Assembly: GCA_951406725.2 (NCBI GenBank)
Contig: OX597825.1
Location: 18,352,001 to 18,416,000, forward strand
Direction of reading: 5' to 3'
DNA length: 64,000 nucleotides
From: Octopus vulgaris
Lineage: Eukaryota
Positions 13,095-27,500 of this stretch are shown piece by piece. Under the pieces are notes generated by a model. That model worked only from the letters and a program-made list of their open reading frames with translations. It was not told the origin of the DNA and searched no databases. Within the stretch, counting starts at the first letter, position 1. Every line of letters starts with the position of its first letter. Made by a program: the position numbers and the translations under genes.

Positions 13095-13278
13095 AAGAGA
13101 GAGAGAGGGGGAGAAGGAAGGGAAAAAGAAGAATGAAGGAGGAAGAAATAAATGAGATAAAATGAAAAGGAAAGGAAGGCAAGAGTATAAGAGGAGGAGA
13201 AGAAGAAGAAGAAGAAGAAGAAGAAGAAGAAGAAGGAGGAGGAGGAGGAGAAAAAGAAGAACGGGCAGAAGAAAAAGT

Positions 13279-13311
<33 letters not shown>

Positions 13312-13545
13312 AGAAGAGAGGAAGAAGAAGAAAAGAAGAAGAAGACGAAGAAAAAGAAGTAGAAGAAGAAGGGGAAGAGGAAGAGGAAGAAGGAGAAGAA
13401 GGGGAAGAAGAAGGAGGAGGAGGAGAAGAAGAAGGAGAAAAAGAAGAATAAGAAAAAGAAGAAAAGGAAGAAGGAGCAGAAGAAGAAGAAGAAGAAGAAG
13501 AAGAAAGAAGAAGAAGAAGAAAAAAGAAGAAGAAGAAGGACTAGG
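13095..13545. repeat. Polypurine (GAA/GGA)n tract
   Basis: ~450 bp almost entirely A/G on the plus strand. Confidence 0.95.
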
Positions 13546-14155
13546 AGAACAACGAAAACGAAAGTAACAAACAAGAAAAGAAATAGGAGAAGGAGGAAGG
13601 AAAGTGGGTAACGCTGAATGTAATGAAGAACAAAACAGAACGAAAAGAACGAAAGAACTTCAACGAAATATTTGTTAACACCGGGAGAGAAGAGCGAGAA
13701 TAAGTTATACTGTGTATGTGTGTCTGAGCGCTTTTCTCTGTGCGTGTGCGTGTGTACGTGTGTGTGAGTATATATCTGTCTCTCTATCTGTGAGTTTTTT
13801 CTCTGTGTGCCTATGTTGCACTCTCTTGTAGGTACATTCACAGAGATAAACACTGAAAAACGTAACATAAACGAAGCACTCAAGCACTTCCCATACGAAA
13901 CTCTCACCAGTGGCGAAACGAAACGCGGTAAGGCAGGTTTAGAAAAACACAAACAACTTGGTTGAACCCAGCTTTTCTCATCGAAAACGCCAATTGTTTA
14001 TCCATCGGGTGTGCCGTCACAGCATGACATAATACATGTTTGTCAAACATTCTATGTAGTGTATTGCTACATGTATATTACAAGCCACGTGATGTTGCGT
14101 CTCACTTTATATATAGAAGCATACATATATATATATACACATACATGTGTCTGTG

Positions 14156-14203
<48 letters not shown>

Positions 14204-14367
14204 CACGCACACAAGTACATAGATATACATACATGCAAACATACATTTATGTGAATATATGTCTGTGTGGGTCTGCATATATCTATATGTATATGTACTT
14301 ATAAATATATGAATATATGCATATATATATGTATATGCGTGCATATATGAATGGATATATAAATGCA

Positions 14368-14398
<31 letters not shown>

Positions 14399-14661
14399 CA
14401 AAAATATATACATATGTATATATGTATTTATATACATGTTTATATATGTATGCATATATATTTATATTTATGCATATACATACATATATATATATAAATA
14501 TACATATGTATGTATATGAGTGTATATATATTTATCCTTCGAAACGTTTAGTAGATGAAACTTTAGCGACTGAAGAATGGGATTTTTCGTTGTGCTTATT
14601 GTCCTGTATCTCCTTTTTTTTTGCCTGTCTTGTTATTGGTTTGTATAATGTTTTTCGTCTC

Positions 14662-14700
<39 letters not shown>

Positions 14701-14722
14701 TTACATACATATAGACAGACAG

Positions 14723-14765
<43 letters not shown>

Positions 14766-15224
14766 ACATACTCGGTAGTATAGTGGTAAGTCTCCTCGGC
14801 CGGCATGGCCGCAATCTAAAGATTAAAACGAGGAATGAGTATAAGAAATACACATGAACGCACACGCGTGAACAGATATGAATATATACTTGCATGAGAG
14901 TATGCATGCATGCATACATACATACATACATACATACATACACATATATAAATACATACGTACATACGTACATGCATACATACATACATACATACATACA
15001 TGCATACATGCCAAACATCATAGATGTTATCCGCTATAGAGTGTAGTGTAATATTTTACAATATCCTTCACTCTTTGATACCCTGGTTGTATGACTCAGT
15101 GAGATACCTTTCCAACTGGTCTCCACTATACATGAAATAACAGCCAATTCCCCACAACAACACTTTAACATCATGGACAAAACAACAAACCCCTTTGAAA
15201 ATTAAACGGCTGTCGCCCAACATA

Positions 15225-15394
15225 ACTTGACTACCGATGCTGGTATGGCTACGTCTCTATAAACTAGCGGTTCGGCAAAAGAGACCGATAGAATAAGTAC
15301 TAGGCTTACAAAGAATAAGTCCTAGGGTCAATTTGCTCGACTAAAGGCGGTGCTCCAGCATGAACGCAGTTGAATGACTGAAACAAGTAAAAGA
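15225..15394 (+). mobile_element. SINE family A, 3' half
   Basis: 'gcggttcggcaaaagagaccgatagaataagtactaggcttacaaag...ggcggtgctccagcatg...tgactgaaacaagtaaaagag'. Confidence 0.85.
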
Positions 15395-15404
15395 GTGTGT
15401 ATAT

Positions 15405-15504
<100 letters not shown>

Positions 15505-15608
15505 GTATATACATATATATATATAGTGTATTGCTACATGTATATTACAAGCCACGTGATGTTGCATATGTCTTTATATATATCTGTATATACGATGAAT
15601 GTGCCGCG

Positions 15609-15677
<69 letters not shown>

Positions 15678-16012
15678 TGTATAGTTCTTGAATTATAATC
15701 AATGTAAATTATATACATTAAATTGTTTATATCATTTAGTTTATAGCTGTATAATTTTTTGTATTGCTTTATCCGCATTTTTTAATGGAAGCCTTAATGT
15801 TTTGTATACGGATTAATGATACAGCTCTGCTGTATTTTACGTGTGAGTGAGTGTGTTTATGGAGGTATGTGTGTGCGTGCGCGCGCATGTCTACATACAT
15901 CGCTGTTAATTTGACTCTGTATATATCATTATATTCACGTTTCGTGTATATACATATACATTTATATATGTACGTACATGTATCAATCGTACATGCATCC
16001 ATACAAATATAT

Positions 16013-16231
16013 AGGAGAGGGGCTTTCTCCATCCGGGTTGCGGATCCGTGGAATAAGCTGCCGGACGAGATAGCGAAGATGCCGACGACCGCTCGGTTCA
16101 AAGTCTCTCTTGACCAGAAATGGCCTGAACTCTTTGCATGAACACCTTCCCTGTACATAACTCCATGTCCCCCTACATGGCCTTGGTTTTTGCTTTTTGA
16201 GTCAAAAAATTAACTTAACTTAACTTAACTT
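16013..16231 (+). mobile_element. CR1-type LINE 3' fragment (ORF2 C-terminus, 3' UTR, (TTAAC)n tail)
   Basis: Translates RRGAFSIRVADPWNKLPDEIAKMPTTARFKVSLDQKWPELFA* (stop 16139-16141), matching the FSxRVxxxWNxLP...FKxxLD motif at the end of CR1/L2 ORF2. Confidence 0.9.
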
Positions 16232-17166
16232 ATATATGTGCGCGAGTGTGTGTATATTTCGAAATGTGAGTATATATCTCAATATATCTATATATCTGTA
16301 CGTGTGTGTGTGTGTGTCCGTGTCCGATGCATATATGCAAATTTGAGTGTGTCCGTGTCCGATGCATATATGCAAATTTGAGTGTGTCCGTGTGTTTTTC
16401 TTCGTAAGTGTACTTCTACATTGAATACATGTATAACAGTCAATGTAGTTGCCACATGTCACATGTGTGAAGGATCTTATTTTCTTGGCGTGGCAGTCTC
16501 CTATAATGCGAGGTCGAGTAACACATACGAAGAGAATGAAGGAGATAGAGTTGTCACGTTTTGCAGTTGTACCGTCATTCTGGATGCGTCCTAATTTGTT
16601 CTTGGGATGATTACTGACGAAGGAATGTTAAGGCAGAGACAACGAATAAATAAATAAATTTATAAATATATAAATTTATAAATAAATGGGACGTTTAAAT
16701 CATTGTTTGTCAAGATAGAGGGACTTAACCGTGTTGAATTCCCTTGAAGGAGACGCAGTTCTGGCGATGTTTATAACAAATTTAACAATTGTGGACAGTC
16801 AGCAGAAGAAAAGAAACAAAATTTTATTTATGATGTATACAGGAGTTTTAATTCGATTTAGCATACACACGCACTCACACACACTAACATATACACAGGC
16901 ACACACACACGTGTGATTATATGTACAGAAAAGCACATATATGTATACATAGATGCATATGAATATATGTATGTATGTAAGTATGTATGTATGTATGTAT
17001 GTATGCAACTAAGAAAAATAGAATTCAAAATATGAATATATATATATATATACTGAGAGAGAGAGAAAGATATATATATATATATATATATAATTAAATA
17101 ATGTTATTTATGTTTAGCAGAATCAACACAGTGATTCAAGAGCCGAGATTTTCATACGTTACACAT

Positions 17167-17215
<49 letters not shown>

Positions 17216-17222
17216 TATATAG

Positions 17223-17294
<72 letters not shown>

Positions 17295-17597
17295 GCTTAT
17301 CTACATACATCATTGCATACACAAACACACGCACGGACGCACACACACACACACACACACACACATCAACGTATAAATAAATGGAGATGTTAAACCTGAT
17401 CAATATTAACACATTTTTCTTCCCGAGCCCTTACTCGCCCATTTAGATTCTCCCTTAAAGATATTTACTTTCACTTTAAGCATTTCCGTTCATGCGCAAA
17501 CTACAAATGAAGCACAAGTTTTGAGTCTTTTTTTCTTTTTTTTTTTTTTTTCAAATTTGTATCTTCTGTTGTTTGCTTTTATTTTCAAATTTTGAAA

Positions 17598-17695
17598 AAA
17601 TCACGGGCGCACTTCCGTGTTCCCAGTTAGTCCTCATCGAGTTTCGCCTTGGGGAAAATGTCTCTCAAAACTACAATCGATCGCCATCTTTGGTG
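17598..17695. promoter_or_regulatory. Possible enhancer/promoter-like motif cluster
   Basis: CpG-richer island with CACTTCCG (ETS-like), ACTACAA (ZNF143-like) and CGCCATCTT (YY1-like) within ~90 bp. Motif match only. Confidence 0.2.
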
Positions 17696-17711
17696 CGCGC
17701 GTGTGTGTGTA

Positions 17712-17742
<31 letters not shown>

Positions 17743-18628
17743 GTATGTGTGTTTGCGTGCGTGCGTGTGTGTGTGTTAATGTGTGTGTGCCTATGTCCGC
17801 GCGTATACGTATACAGTTATCTTCCAATATTTATCGGAAACCATTCAAAACAAAAGCACAAGCTTATGCACACACACATACACGCGCATACACACACATA
17901 CACGCAAACACACACACACAAATACACACACACACACACACACATACACGCACACACATACACACACATACACACACACACATACACGCACAAACACACA
18001 CACATACACGCACACACATACACACACACATTTATATATTACTGCGAGATAAAGAAGCTTTCTTCCCAACTACGTGATTTCGGGATCAATCCCATCACGT
18101 AGCAACTTTGCCAAAATTAATTCTATGATGATTCAGTTGAATATTTCAGTTCATTCATGTCATCATACATATGTTTTACAAGTTCATGTTAAAGGCTTTA
18201 TTGATTATTTACAGCATTTAATAGAAATGGAACTTCCGGGATAAACTTCAACTCCTGTAACAACATTTATTTATGGCATATGTGCACACTTCTATAAAAA
18301 TGCAACAAGAAATGTTTACATAATGTAAGCATAAAATTAATGGAAATAATTTTTGCAGTATTATATATTCCCATTTCAAAGTTTATCTTACTTTCGGAGT
18401 ATTTTTTCCCCCATTAGGCACCGCTTTGGCTCTTTATGAAGGTACAGCAAAAAAAAAAAAAACGCGTATCGCGGTCTGATTTACGCGAAACTTATTTTCA
18501 TTCCGTTTGTATTCACATTTCAGGGATCACTTACTCTCAGAGTATTTTTCCATTACGCTCCAGTTTGGCTGTATTAAATTACAGACAAGCAATCAGTCAA
18601 GCAATCACAGTTTTACTATTAGTATTAC

Positions 18629-18681
<53 letters not shown>

Positions 18682-18705
18682 TTGGTGGTGGTGTGGTGTT
18701 AGTGT

Positions 18706-18743
<38 letters not shown>

Positions 18744-19354
18744 TACACCACACACACACACATACATCAGACGGGCTTCCACTTCGACCACAAAGTTTTG
18801 CTCTGCTTGAGGCTATTGTAGAAGACACTCGTATAAGAAACCGCGTAGTGAGAGACTGGACGCGAAGTCACGCGTTTGCGAAACGAGCTCTTTTACCAGA
18901 CAGCCTTTCAGATGCCGATCTTTCAGAATCTGTATTAATTCTTTAAAATACCTATCTTTTTTTTTTTCTCCATTTCCCCCATTCTTATTCTACGCTTATT
19001 CTAATGTTCCTTTCATCGGAATATATTTTATGTGTTCTCATATAAAGAGAAGGAAAATATATTGACTTGTTTTGTTGAACATGCGGAGAAATCGACTAAG
19101 GATGTATGGCATCCGAATATAATATATTATAGTATTTACTTTTAGGTTATAGTGCTCAAATATTACCAAGTATGATTTCATGCTTTATCTCTGTGGAATT
19201 TATGTAAAAACAAAATGTCTGCAGGCAAAACCATTGTATATCCTTCTTCACTTCTTTCCTATTTCTTGCTTTGGGGATTGGCATTTTTAGACGTCTATAG
19301 ATAACACGACTAGAACATAGTCGTGTTTTCTACCACTATATTCTATGTCTGTCT

Positions 19355-19862
19355 ACATGCATACATACATACATACATACAAACATACATGCATGCATAC
19401 ATATGTTCAAGCTTACTTACATACACACATATATTCATACATAATACATACATACATGCCTACATACATATATATATATGCATAGTACATACATACATGC
19501 CTACATCTACACGTACTTACATACATTCATGCCTACATGCATACATAGATAATACAAACATACATGCTTGCATACATACATGCTTACTTACATACATGCC
19601 TACATACATATATACATACGTAATACATACATGCCTACATAAATATATACATACATAATACATCCATACATACTTACATACATAATACATACATACATGC
19701 CTACATACATGCTTACATACATACATGCCTACATAAACATATACATACATAGTGTATCCATACATGCATACATACATACATACATACATACATACATACA
19801 TACATACATACATACATACATACATACATACATACATTCATGCCTACACACATACATACATA
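19355..19862. repeat. Degenerate (TACA)n array with recurring ATGCCTAC/ATGCTTAC variants
   Basis: Directly visible. Confidence 0.9.
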
Positions 19863-20228
19863 AAGGCATACACCCATGCGTGTAACAAAGCTACAAAATA
19901 CCATCGTTGAAATATAGACAAAACAATGTCAAAATTTAACGTCTTGCAAATATTTTACTGTTTCGCTTGCAGGTTGTATTGTTTTTTTATGTGAGTGTTA
20001 GCTGGTTGAAAAGACTAGATTTTTCCCAAAATTATTACTTAGGTTTTTTTTTTTCCTAACACAACCAATACACCATCTGCTTTGTTATAAAGGCGACGAG
20101 CAGACAGAATTATTAGCACTCTGAATAAAATACTTAGTGACATTTCCTGTCCTTGTTATTCTCAGCCTTTTGCAGTAAATAAATGAGCACCAGTTGAGTT
20201 GAGCAATGAGGTCGATGTACTCAATCGG

Positions 20229-20645
20229 AAGGCGGCGAGCTGGCAGAAGCGTTAGCACGCCGGGCGAAATGCCTAGCAGTATTTCGTCTGCTGTTAAGTT
20301 CTGAGTTCAAATTCCGCCGAGGTCGACTTTGCCTTTCATCCTTTCGCGGTCGATTAAATAAGTACCAGTTAATCACTGGGGTCGATGTAATCGACTTAAA
20401 CCCCTTGACTGTCCTTCTTTGTCCTCTCTGTGTTTAGCCCCTTGTGGGTAGTAAAGAAATAGGTGTTTCGTCTGCCGCTACGTTCTGAGTTCAAATTCCG
20501 CCGAGGTCGACTTTGCCTTTCATTCTTTCGCGGTCGATTAAATAAGTACCAGTTAATCACTGGGGTCGATGTAATCGACTTAAACCCCTTGACTGTCATT
20601 GTTTGTTCCCTCTTTGTTTAGCCCCTTGTGGGTAATAAAGAAATA
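20229..20645 (+). mobile_element. SINE family B dimer nested in an older family B copy (~20089-20725)
   Basis: Full head 'aaggcggcgagctggcagaagcgttagc' and B box GAGTTCAAATT. Second unit begins at ~20462. 11-bp TSD GATGTACTCAA (20214-20224 and 20646-20656). Confidence 0.9.
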
Positions 20646-21149
20646 GATGTACTCAAGTGACCTTCCCCGCCCCGCTCAAAAAATAGATAAAACACAAATT
20701 CAGGACTTGTATTTATAATAGAAATTTGATTGACTTAAATGTGAATTTATATTTTATGTACAGAAGCTGAGGGTTACGAAACAGTTGCCCATGGTTACCC
20801 TCTTTGATTTTCGGAGCATTGATGTATGTATGTATGTATATGTGTATGTAAGTATGTATTTATGCATGTGTGCCATGAGGTGTTGGTGGGGTTAGGTCTA
20901 ACATCACTTTTGACGTTAAAAGAACCTCTCAATGACTGTGTATTCGGCAGAGTTGTGTACACTGAAGATAATTTTTTAACTAAATTCCTATGATATTAAT
21001 ATTATATGGTAGAACAATTGAATTATATATACAATACAGAGAGAATTTAGGGAAAAAAAAACAATACCAGACTGGTATTATATTTATCAACGCAAAGATA
21101 ATAAAAGGCAACGTTGAACTCACAGTGCAGAGCACCAAACAAATGTTGA

Positions 21150-21512
21150 TTTAAAATTTTGGTTCAAGGCCATCAATTTTGTTCAACTCTTACTTATTTT
21201 ATCGTCCTCGAGGAGCCCAAAGGCAAAATCGACTCCATCAGAATTTTAACCCAGAACATAAACAAACACGAAATGCTACTTAGCATTTCGCCTGGCGTCC
21301 GAACGATTCTGCACAAGGCCGGCAATTACGTAGGAAAATATAAGTCGATTATATCAACCCCAGTGCTCAACTGGAACTTATTTTATCGACCCCGAAAAGA
21401 TGAATAGTTAAGTCGATCTCGACGGAATTTGAAATCAATACATTAACACGGACGAAATGCCACCAAGCATTTCGTCCGGCATGATAACGATTCTGCCAGC
21501 TCCACTGCCTTG
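21150..21512 (-). mobile_element. Two degraded SINE family B copies
   Basis: 'ttatcgaccccgaaaagatgaa', 'gacgaaatgccaccaagcatttcgtccggc...ttctgccagctc'. Confidence 0.7.
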
Positions 21513-21869
21513 CACCAAATAAATGTTATAAAATACTTCAGTCAACGTTCGAATAGTTGTACCAATTGACTCGCTTATATGGTATCTAGAGGAAGCTTTA
21601 ATTCTTTATCGTTTACTTGCTTCAGTCATTGGACTGCGGCCATGCTATAATATTGTTTTGAAATCTTTTAGTCAAGCTAATCGACTGCAGTACTTATTTT
21701 TCAAAGTGTTGTACTTATTTTGTCCTTATATTTCACCGCACCATAAAGTTACGGGAACATAAGCAAACCAATGCCCGTTGTCTACAAGTAACACACAGTG
21801 TACACAGACATACACACCTCACAAAACACAAACACACACACACACACGACGGGCGTTCATACAATTTCT

Positions 21870-22268
21870 TCTTATTTCTTTACTACCCACAACGGGCTAA
21901 ACATAAAGGGGACAAACAAGGACAGACAAAGGGATTAAATTGATTACATCGACCCAGTACGTAACTGGTCCTTAATTAATCGACTCCGAAAGGATGAAAG
22001 GCAAAGTCGACCTCGGCGGAATTGAACTCAAAAAGTAAAGACAGACGAAATACCTATTTCTTTACTGCCCACAAGGGGCTACACACATTGCGGACAAACA
22101 AGGACAGACAAACGGATTAAGTTGATTAACTGGTACTTATTTAATCGATCCCGAAAGGATGAAAGACAAAGTTGACCTCGGCGGAATTTGAACTCAGAAC
22201 GTAACGGCAGACGAAATACGGCTACGCATTTCGCCCGGCGTACTAACGTTACTGCCAGCTCGCCGCCT
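21870..22268 (-). mobile_element. SINE family B dimer nested in a family A copy (~21605-22440)
   Basis: Junction at 22047-22060. ~19-bp TSD gggcgttcatacaatttct (21851-21869) / gggctttcatacaatttct (22286-22304). Confidence 0.85.
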
Positions 22269-23129
22269 TTTTTTTTACAATTTCTGGGCTTTCATACAAT
22301 TTCTGTCAACCAAAGTCCCTCATAAGTCATGGGTCTATCCGGGTTAAATTAAATGATAGTTTCTCGAGGTGCTGCAGTACAGTTTATACTGAACCCGAAA
22401 ACAGGTGGTTATAAGGCAAAGCTTCTTTACCATGCAGCTATACGTATGTTTATGGCTTTATGACTTGCAGTGTATTAAATGATCATATGTTTTTCTCCCT
22501 TTTCTTTCCCCCACACACTGTTTTTACACAAACGCTTGGAGTCAGAGATTCTTGTAATTAAACCGACTGAGAACAGTGTCATCTGGCATGAGTTACTGAT
22601 AGATGAACAGGAATCGTGGGAGGTGGAAGTCTGACAAGTATATTAACGTTTGCAATGAATCACTTCTTAGAATAACTGTATTCTCAATAAAAGGGGTGTT
22701 ATATCTATCTTAATATAGTCAGGCAGGCAATCAGTGCTGGTTCAGAGAGAATGCGAAGTAAAATCTTCCCTAAATTAATCGTTCACTCTCCTTTGCAAAC
22801 TTTTTTTCCCTATGGTCCATCTTGATTGCTATATTATTCTACTGAACTTTCATAGCTATTTGATGTTTTAAAAAAATCTATCATATTCTTAAACTGAAAC
22901 ATAGAACGATGAAAATGAGTGTTCAACGTCGCATTGGTGGATAGAATTTCATTACTTGTGAATTAAGGCTACCATTTGTTTCTTTTCAACAAAATTGGAA
23001 AATATCTTAATATCTTTAAAAAATTTCAAGATGATCACATGGAGGAATAGTGTTCGTTTCCATTTTGGATAAACACAAAGTCTCATTGAACTCGCGGAGA
23101 TTCTCGCGAAGAATGTTTCTCGCGAAGAA

Positions 23130-23161
<32 letters not shown>

Positions 23162-23675
23162 TACCGCCTCACGCTTGTCAATAGGTAGTGGCTTGTTTAC
23201 GCCTCAGTAGCATTAGCTGTTCAGCAAAAGGAAAAAAAAACTTATAGAAAGAGTACCAGGCTGAACTATAAATATTGAGTTAATTTCTTTCAACATAGTG
23301 CCCCAACTTAATCGCAGTCCAATGTCCGAAACTGGAAAAAAAACCCACAAAAATGAAACGGTATAGTTTACCTAGGACTGCAATATCCAATGTGATACCC
23401 AATTCTAAAAATTATAACGCGTGTAACGGAGATTTGGTTGTTATTGCTGTCTCATAGTAGCTTGAAGTAGCTACTTATTTCTTGAGATGAATGAATATAA
23501 AGGAGAAATTCATCCGGAAGTCAAACATATTTCGTACTCTGGTAAATAAGAACTTAAAACAACACGACACAACACAACCTCTCAAATGTTTGCCGGCGTA
23601 AAAGTAGCCAATATAATATATACAACATAGATTCATAAATGTACGCATATATACATACATTCTTACATATATATA

Positions 23676-23910
23676 TTACCGTGATCACCGTGACCGACCA
23701 GACTATCAATTGTTGCTACACATCGCTGGTCACAATGCGCTTTACATTGTTTTAGCATTCAAATAACGCCACCCCGCTGGCTAAGCGAGCAGGCCAACAG
23801 AAGAAAGTTGTGGCGAAAGAGTACAGCAGGGATCGCCATCAACCCCTGCCGGAGCCTTGAGGAGCTTTAGGTGTTTTCGCTCAATAAACACTCACAACGT
23901 CCGGTCTGAG
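23676..23910 (-). mobile_element. tRNA-derived SINE, working family C (resembles octopus OR-type SINEs), tail B, head truncated
   Basis: Reverse complement of 59520-59756. Confidence 0.85.
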
Positions 23911-24077
23911 AAGGTACATATACACACGCATACACATCCGCGCACATGCATCTATACACATGCACGCGCTCATAATTTCGATAGGCATTTGGTGGCATGT
24001 CCAACCGTTATTCAGAGAGAGTCAAACAGTCACGATTGCACGTATCAGTTTTAAACCATGCATAATGCATTAACTGC

Positions 24078-24119
24078 CCACACACACACACACACACACG
24101 CACACGTACACACACACAT

Positions 24120-24153
<34 letters not shown>

Positions 24154-24560
24154 ACGCCCACACACACAGACACACATACACACGCACACACACACATGCA
24201 CACACACACATGCACACAAACACACACAAAGACGCCCACACACACAGACACACATACACACGCACACACACACACAAATACACACACAGACGCACACACA
24301 AACACACGCGCAGGCACACGCACATGCACACACAGACGCACACGCGTTTTTGTCTCCGTATGTTTGTTAGTATGTACTTAATTATGAGTGTGTGTGTGTG
24401 TGTGTGTGTGAGTGTGTGCGTGTCTGTGTGTATATGTGTGTGTGTGTGCGTACACGTGTCTGTGTGTGCGCGTGTCTGTGTACGTGTGTGTGTGTGTGTG
24501 TGTGTGTGTTTGTGCATGCGTGAGTGTGTGCGTGTGTGTGTATGTGTTTGTGTGTGAGTG
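24078..24560. repeat. Degenerate (CA)n tract followed by degenerate (TG)n tract (inverted pair)
   Basis: CA-rich 24078-24345, spacer, TG-rich 24385-24560. Confidence 0.9.
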
Positions 24561-24941
24561 TTTGTATTTTCTCTACAACATCGGTGTAGACTTCCTTTAA
24601 GCAAATGTGAAATATTGCTAAAATATGGTTTTAAAGTTTGTAAATATAAAATGGCTGATGTCCACATAAACTTGCATTTCCATATATCTATCCTTATATG
24701 CGGCCATGCTGAACAATTATTGATTAGAAGGAGAAATGGCGGCCATTTGGTGGTGGTGGCGGTGTCTATACATTGTACTGTCAACTGACTAAAACAGCCG
24801 CTACATCTCAGATCCTTATTTGGTTCCTAGATAGAAATGTATCAAGGTGACAGATAAAATGATCTCAGTTTATATAACTTTGATCAGAGATCAACTTTAT
24901 TAGGATGACTTGAGGTTAAATGATACGATCAACAATAACTT

Positions 24942-24985
<44 letters not shown>

Positions 24986-26432
24986 GCTGCTGCTGCTACT
25001 GCTACTGCTGCTGCTGCTGCTGCTACTGCTGCTACTGCTGCTGCTAGGACAGCAGCAGCTACCGTATTAATTTGAGATAGTTTGAAGTAACCAGAATTAA
25101 AGAAATACTCCTTAAATCACTATCTTTTTTGGAGTTGGATTAGCCTTCTTGTAAGAAGCGAGACCCGACAGGTTCCTGTTGTTGTTGTCATCGTCGTCGT
25201 TGTTGTTTGCTATTACCGAAACTTCTAATTTTTCTTTAAATAACTGTTCGAACTTGATTGTCAAAGACTATGATGAAATGTGCTCCACATGTGTATGTGT
25301 ATGTGCACGCATGCGCCTGCACCAGGTTTTGGACCGAGGATAGTCTCAGTTATTCAGATTCATCTTCAGTAGGCATCTAGTTAGTGAAGAATACAAAAGA
25401 AATGATTGTTAAATATATTAGCATAGAGCTGCAGCCGGATGGAGTAGAGTGTCCGAAACTATCTCTCACCCTGATACGGATGAGTCACAATACGCACGCA
25501 CACACACACACACACACACATAATATATATATATATATATATATCCAAAAAATGGAATAAGAATGGAATAGATGTCGACAAAACATCCGGACAGATAGAC
25601 GATGCGAAGATGGACAGAATAAAGTAATAAAAAGACGAACAGGAAAAAAACAAGGACGGGTCATTAGCAAGTTCCTCTCATCAGTCATGTTACCGAATTA
25701 TCCTTACAGTTTCAGGCAGTTACACTAGAGACTGTTCAAATCTCCAAGCACCAAATTTAAGCTAAGAGCATTAAACTTTTTGCGGAGAGAGCAAGCGAAT
25801 GTGTACGACAAATACATAAAACGGAGAAGATGTTAACAATTACAAATAGAAAAACGAAGAAAATAACAGACTGAATTATTCAGTGTATCATCCTTCATTA
25901 TTTTCGCCAGTAGGGTTACAAGTGGGGGCCACTGTTTGCTATTTCTACACTGTCGATCTGCTTCAGTGCTTCATGTTGATGGTGGATATATTTATGTTCT
26001 GTTGATGTTGGAACAGTAACGTAGCGAGAGCATGAGGAGGTGGAGCGGTCCAATCGAGTGATGTTTTTATGGAGACGGCTATTTTGGATCCAGGCTTGGT
26101 GGGGTGGGTATAGCGGTGTGCTCAAAGGCAGCTCCAGGCGGCTCACACACACACACGCACACACATACACAACAGTAGTTACTCCATTGGAGAGAATTAT
26201 GATAGTATTGCTAGCTTTGTTGTATATGTCCCTCAACCCGAATGGAATAAAGTCTATGAAGCATAGTGTTTCTAGGAGTACAATAAACAATGTGTCTTTC
26301 ATTTTTCTTAAGGCAAGGAAGTATAAACTAAGATGCGGATGCAACTACTACCACCACAAGGCTCCATCATTGGTTTGTGCAAAGTTAAATCATACACACA
26401 CACACACACACAGACACACACACACTTGTCCT

Positions 26433-26736
26433 GCACTACATCTGTTTCGACGAGGAGGGTTCCAGTTGATCCGATCAACGGAACCTGCTCGTATGATTAA
26501 GTATAACTGGTTGAGCACTCTCTACAGACATGGGTAACCATAACATAGTCCTCAGGGAGAGTCAGTGTGACACAGAATGTGAAAAGGCTGGCCCTTTGAA
26601 TTACAAGTAACAAATCACTTTTGCCGGACGTGTTGCCTGGAGCAACACTAAATAAAGTGTCTTGCTCAAGGACACAACGCCCCACTGGGAATCGAACTCA
26701 CGACTTCACGATCATGTGCTGAATATCCCTAAAACT
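26433..26736 (-). mobile_element. tRNA/CORE-type SINE carrying tail C
   Basis: Tail 'agggttccagttgatccgatcaacggaac...gtgacacagaatgtgaaaaggctggccctttgaa' as in 42461-42607. Core 'ggagcaacactaaataaagtgtcttgctcaaggacacaacgc' as in the 11211 family. Confidence 0.8.
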
Positions 26737-26849
26737 CGTATACGAAATAATGAGTGATCCTGTATATTGATCGCTTGATATTCTATGAATAACAGGCAGG
26801 TCTCCCTTAAATTACAACCTGCTGTCTTTAAAATGTATACGTTAAATAA

Positions 26850-27500
26850 TGGTTTCAAATTTTGACAGAAGACCAAGAAGTTCGAGAGAGTGGGTAAATC
26901 GATGACATCGACCCTAGAGTTCAATTGGTACTTATTTTATCGACCTCGAAGGATGTAAGGCAAAGTCGACCACGGCGGGAGTTGAACTCGGAACTTAAGG
27001 ACAGACGAAATACCAGTAAGCATTTTGCCTGGCGTGCTAATGGTTCCGCTAGTTCGCCATCTTGAATATAATCCTCTTTATTTTAGGCAATAGGCCTGAA
27101 ACCTGGTGGGAGGGGGCTAATGAATTAAATTGACCCCCAGTGCCTAACTGATACTTATTTCATCGACCCCGAAAAGATAAAAAGCAAAGTTGACCACGGC
27201 GGAATTTGAACTCAGAACGTAATGACAGACGAAATGCCGCTAAGCATTATGTCAGCGTGCTAACGATTCTTATTTCTGTATTGCCCACAAAGGGCTAAAC
27301 ATAGAGGGGACAAACAATGACAGACAAACGGATTAAGTCGATTAAATCGACCCCAGTGTGTAACTGGCACTCAATTTATCGACCCTGGAAGGATGAAAGG
27401 CAAAGTCGACCTCGGCGGAATTTGAACTCAGAACGTAATGACAGACAAAATGCCGCTAAGCATTTTGCTCGGCGTGCTAACGATTCGACCAGCTCACCCC
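26850..27500 (-). mobile_element. Cluster of three SINE family B copies
   Basis: Repeated 'gcaaagtcgacc...ggcggaatttgaactcagaacg' at ~26960, ~27185 and ~27400. Confidence 0.85.

Noticed and set aside
12957-13952. 331-aa Phe/Leu-rich ORF resembling a membrane protein
   Set aside because: Translation of the complement of the (GAA)n tract.
25916-26537. Overlapping 142-aa and 165-aa ORFs
   Set aside because: They run through (CA)n tracts and into a SINE, with no protein motif.
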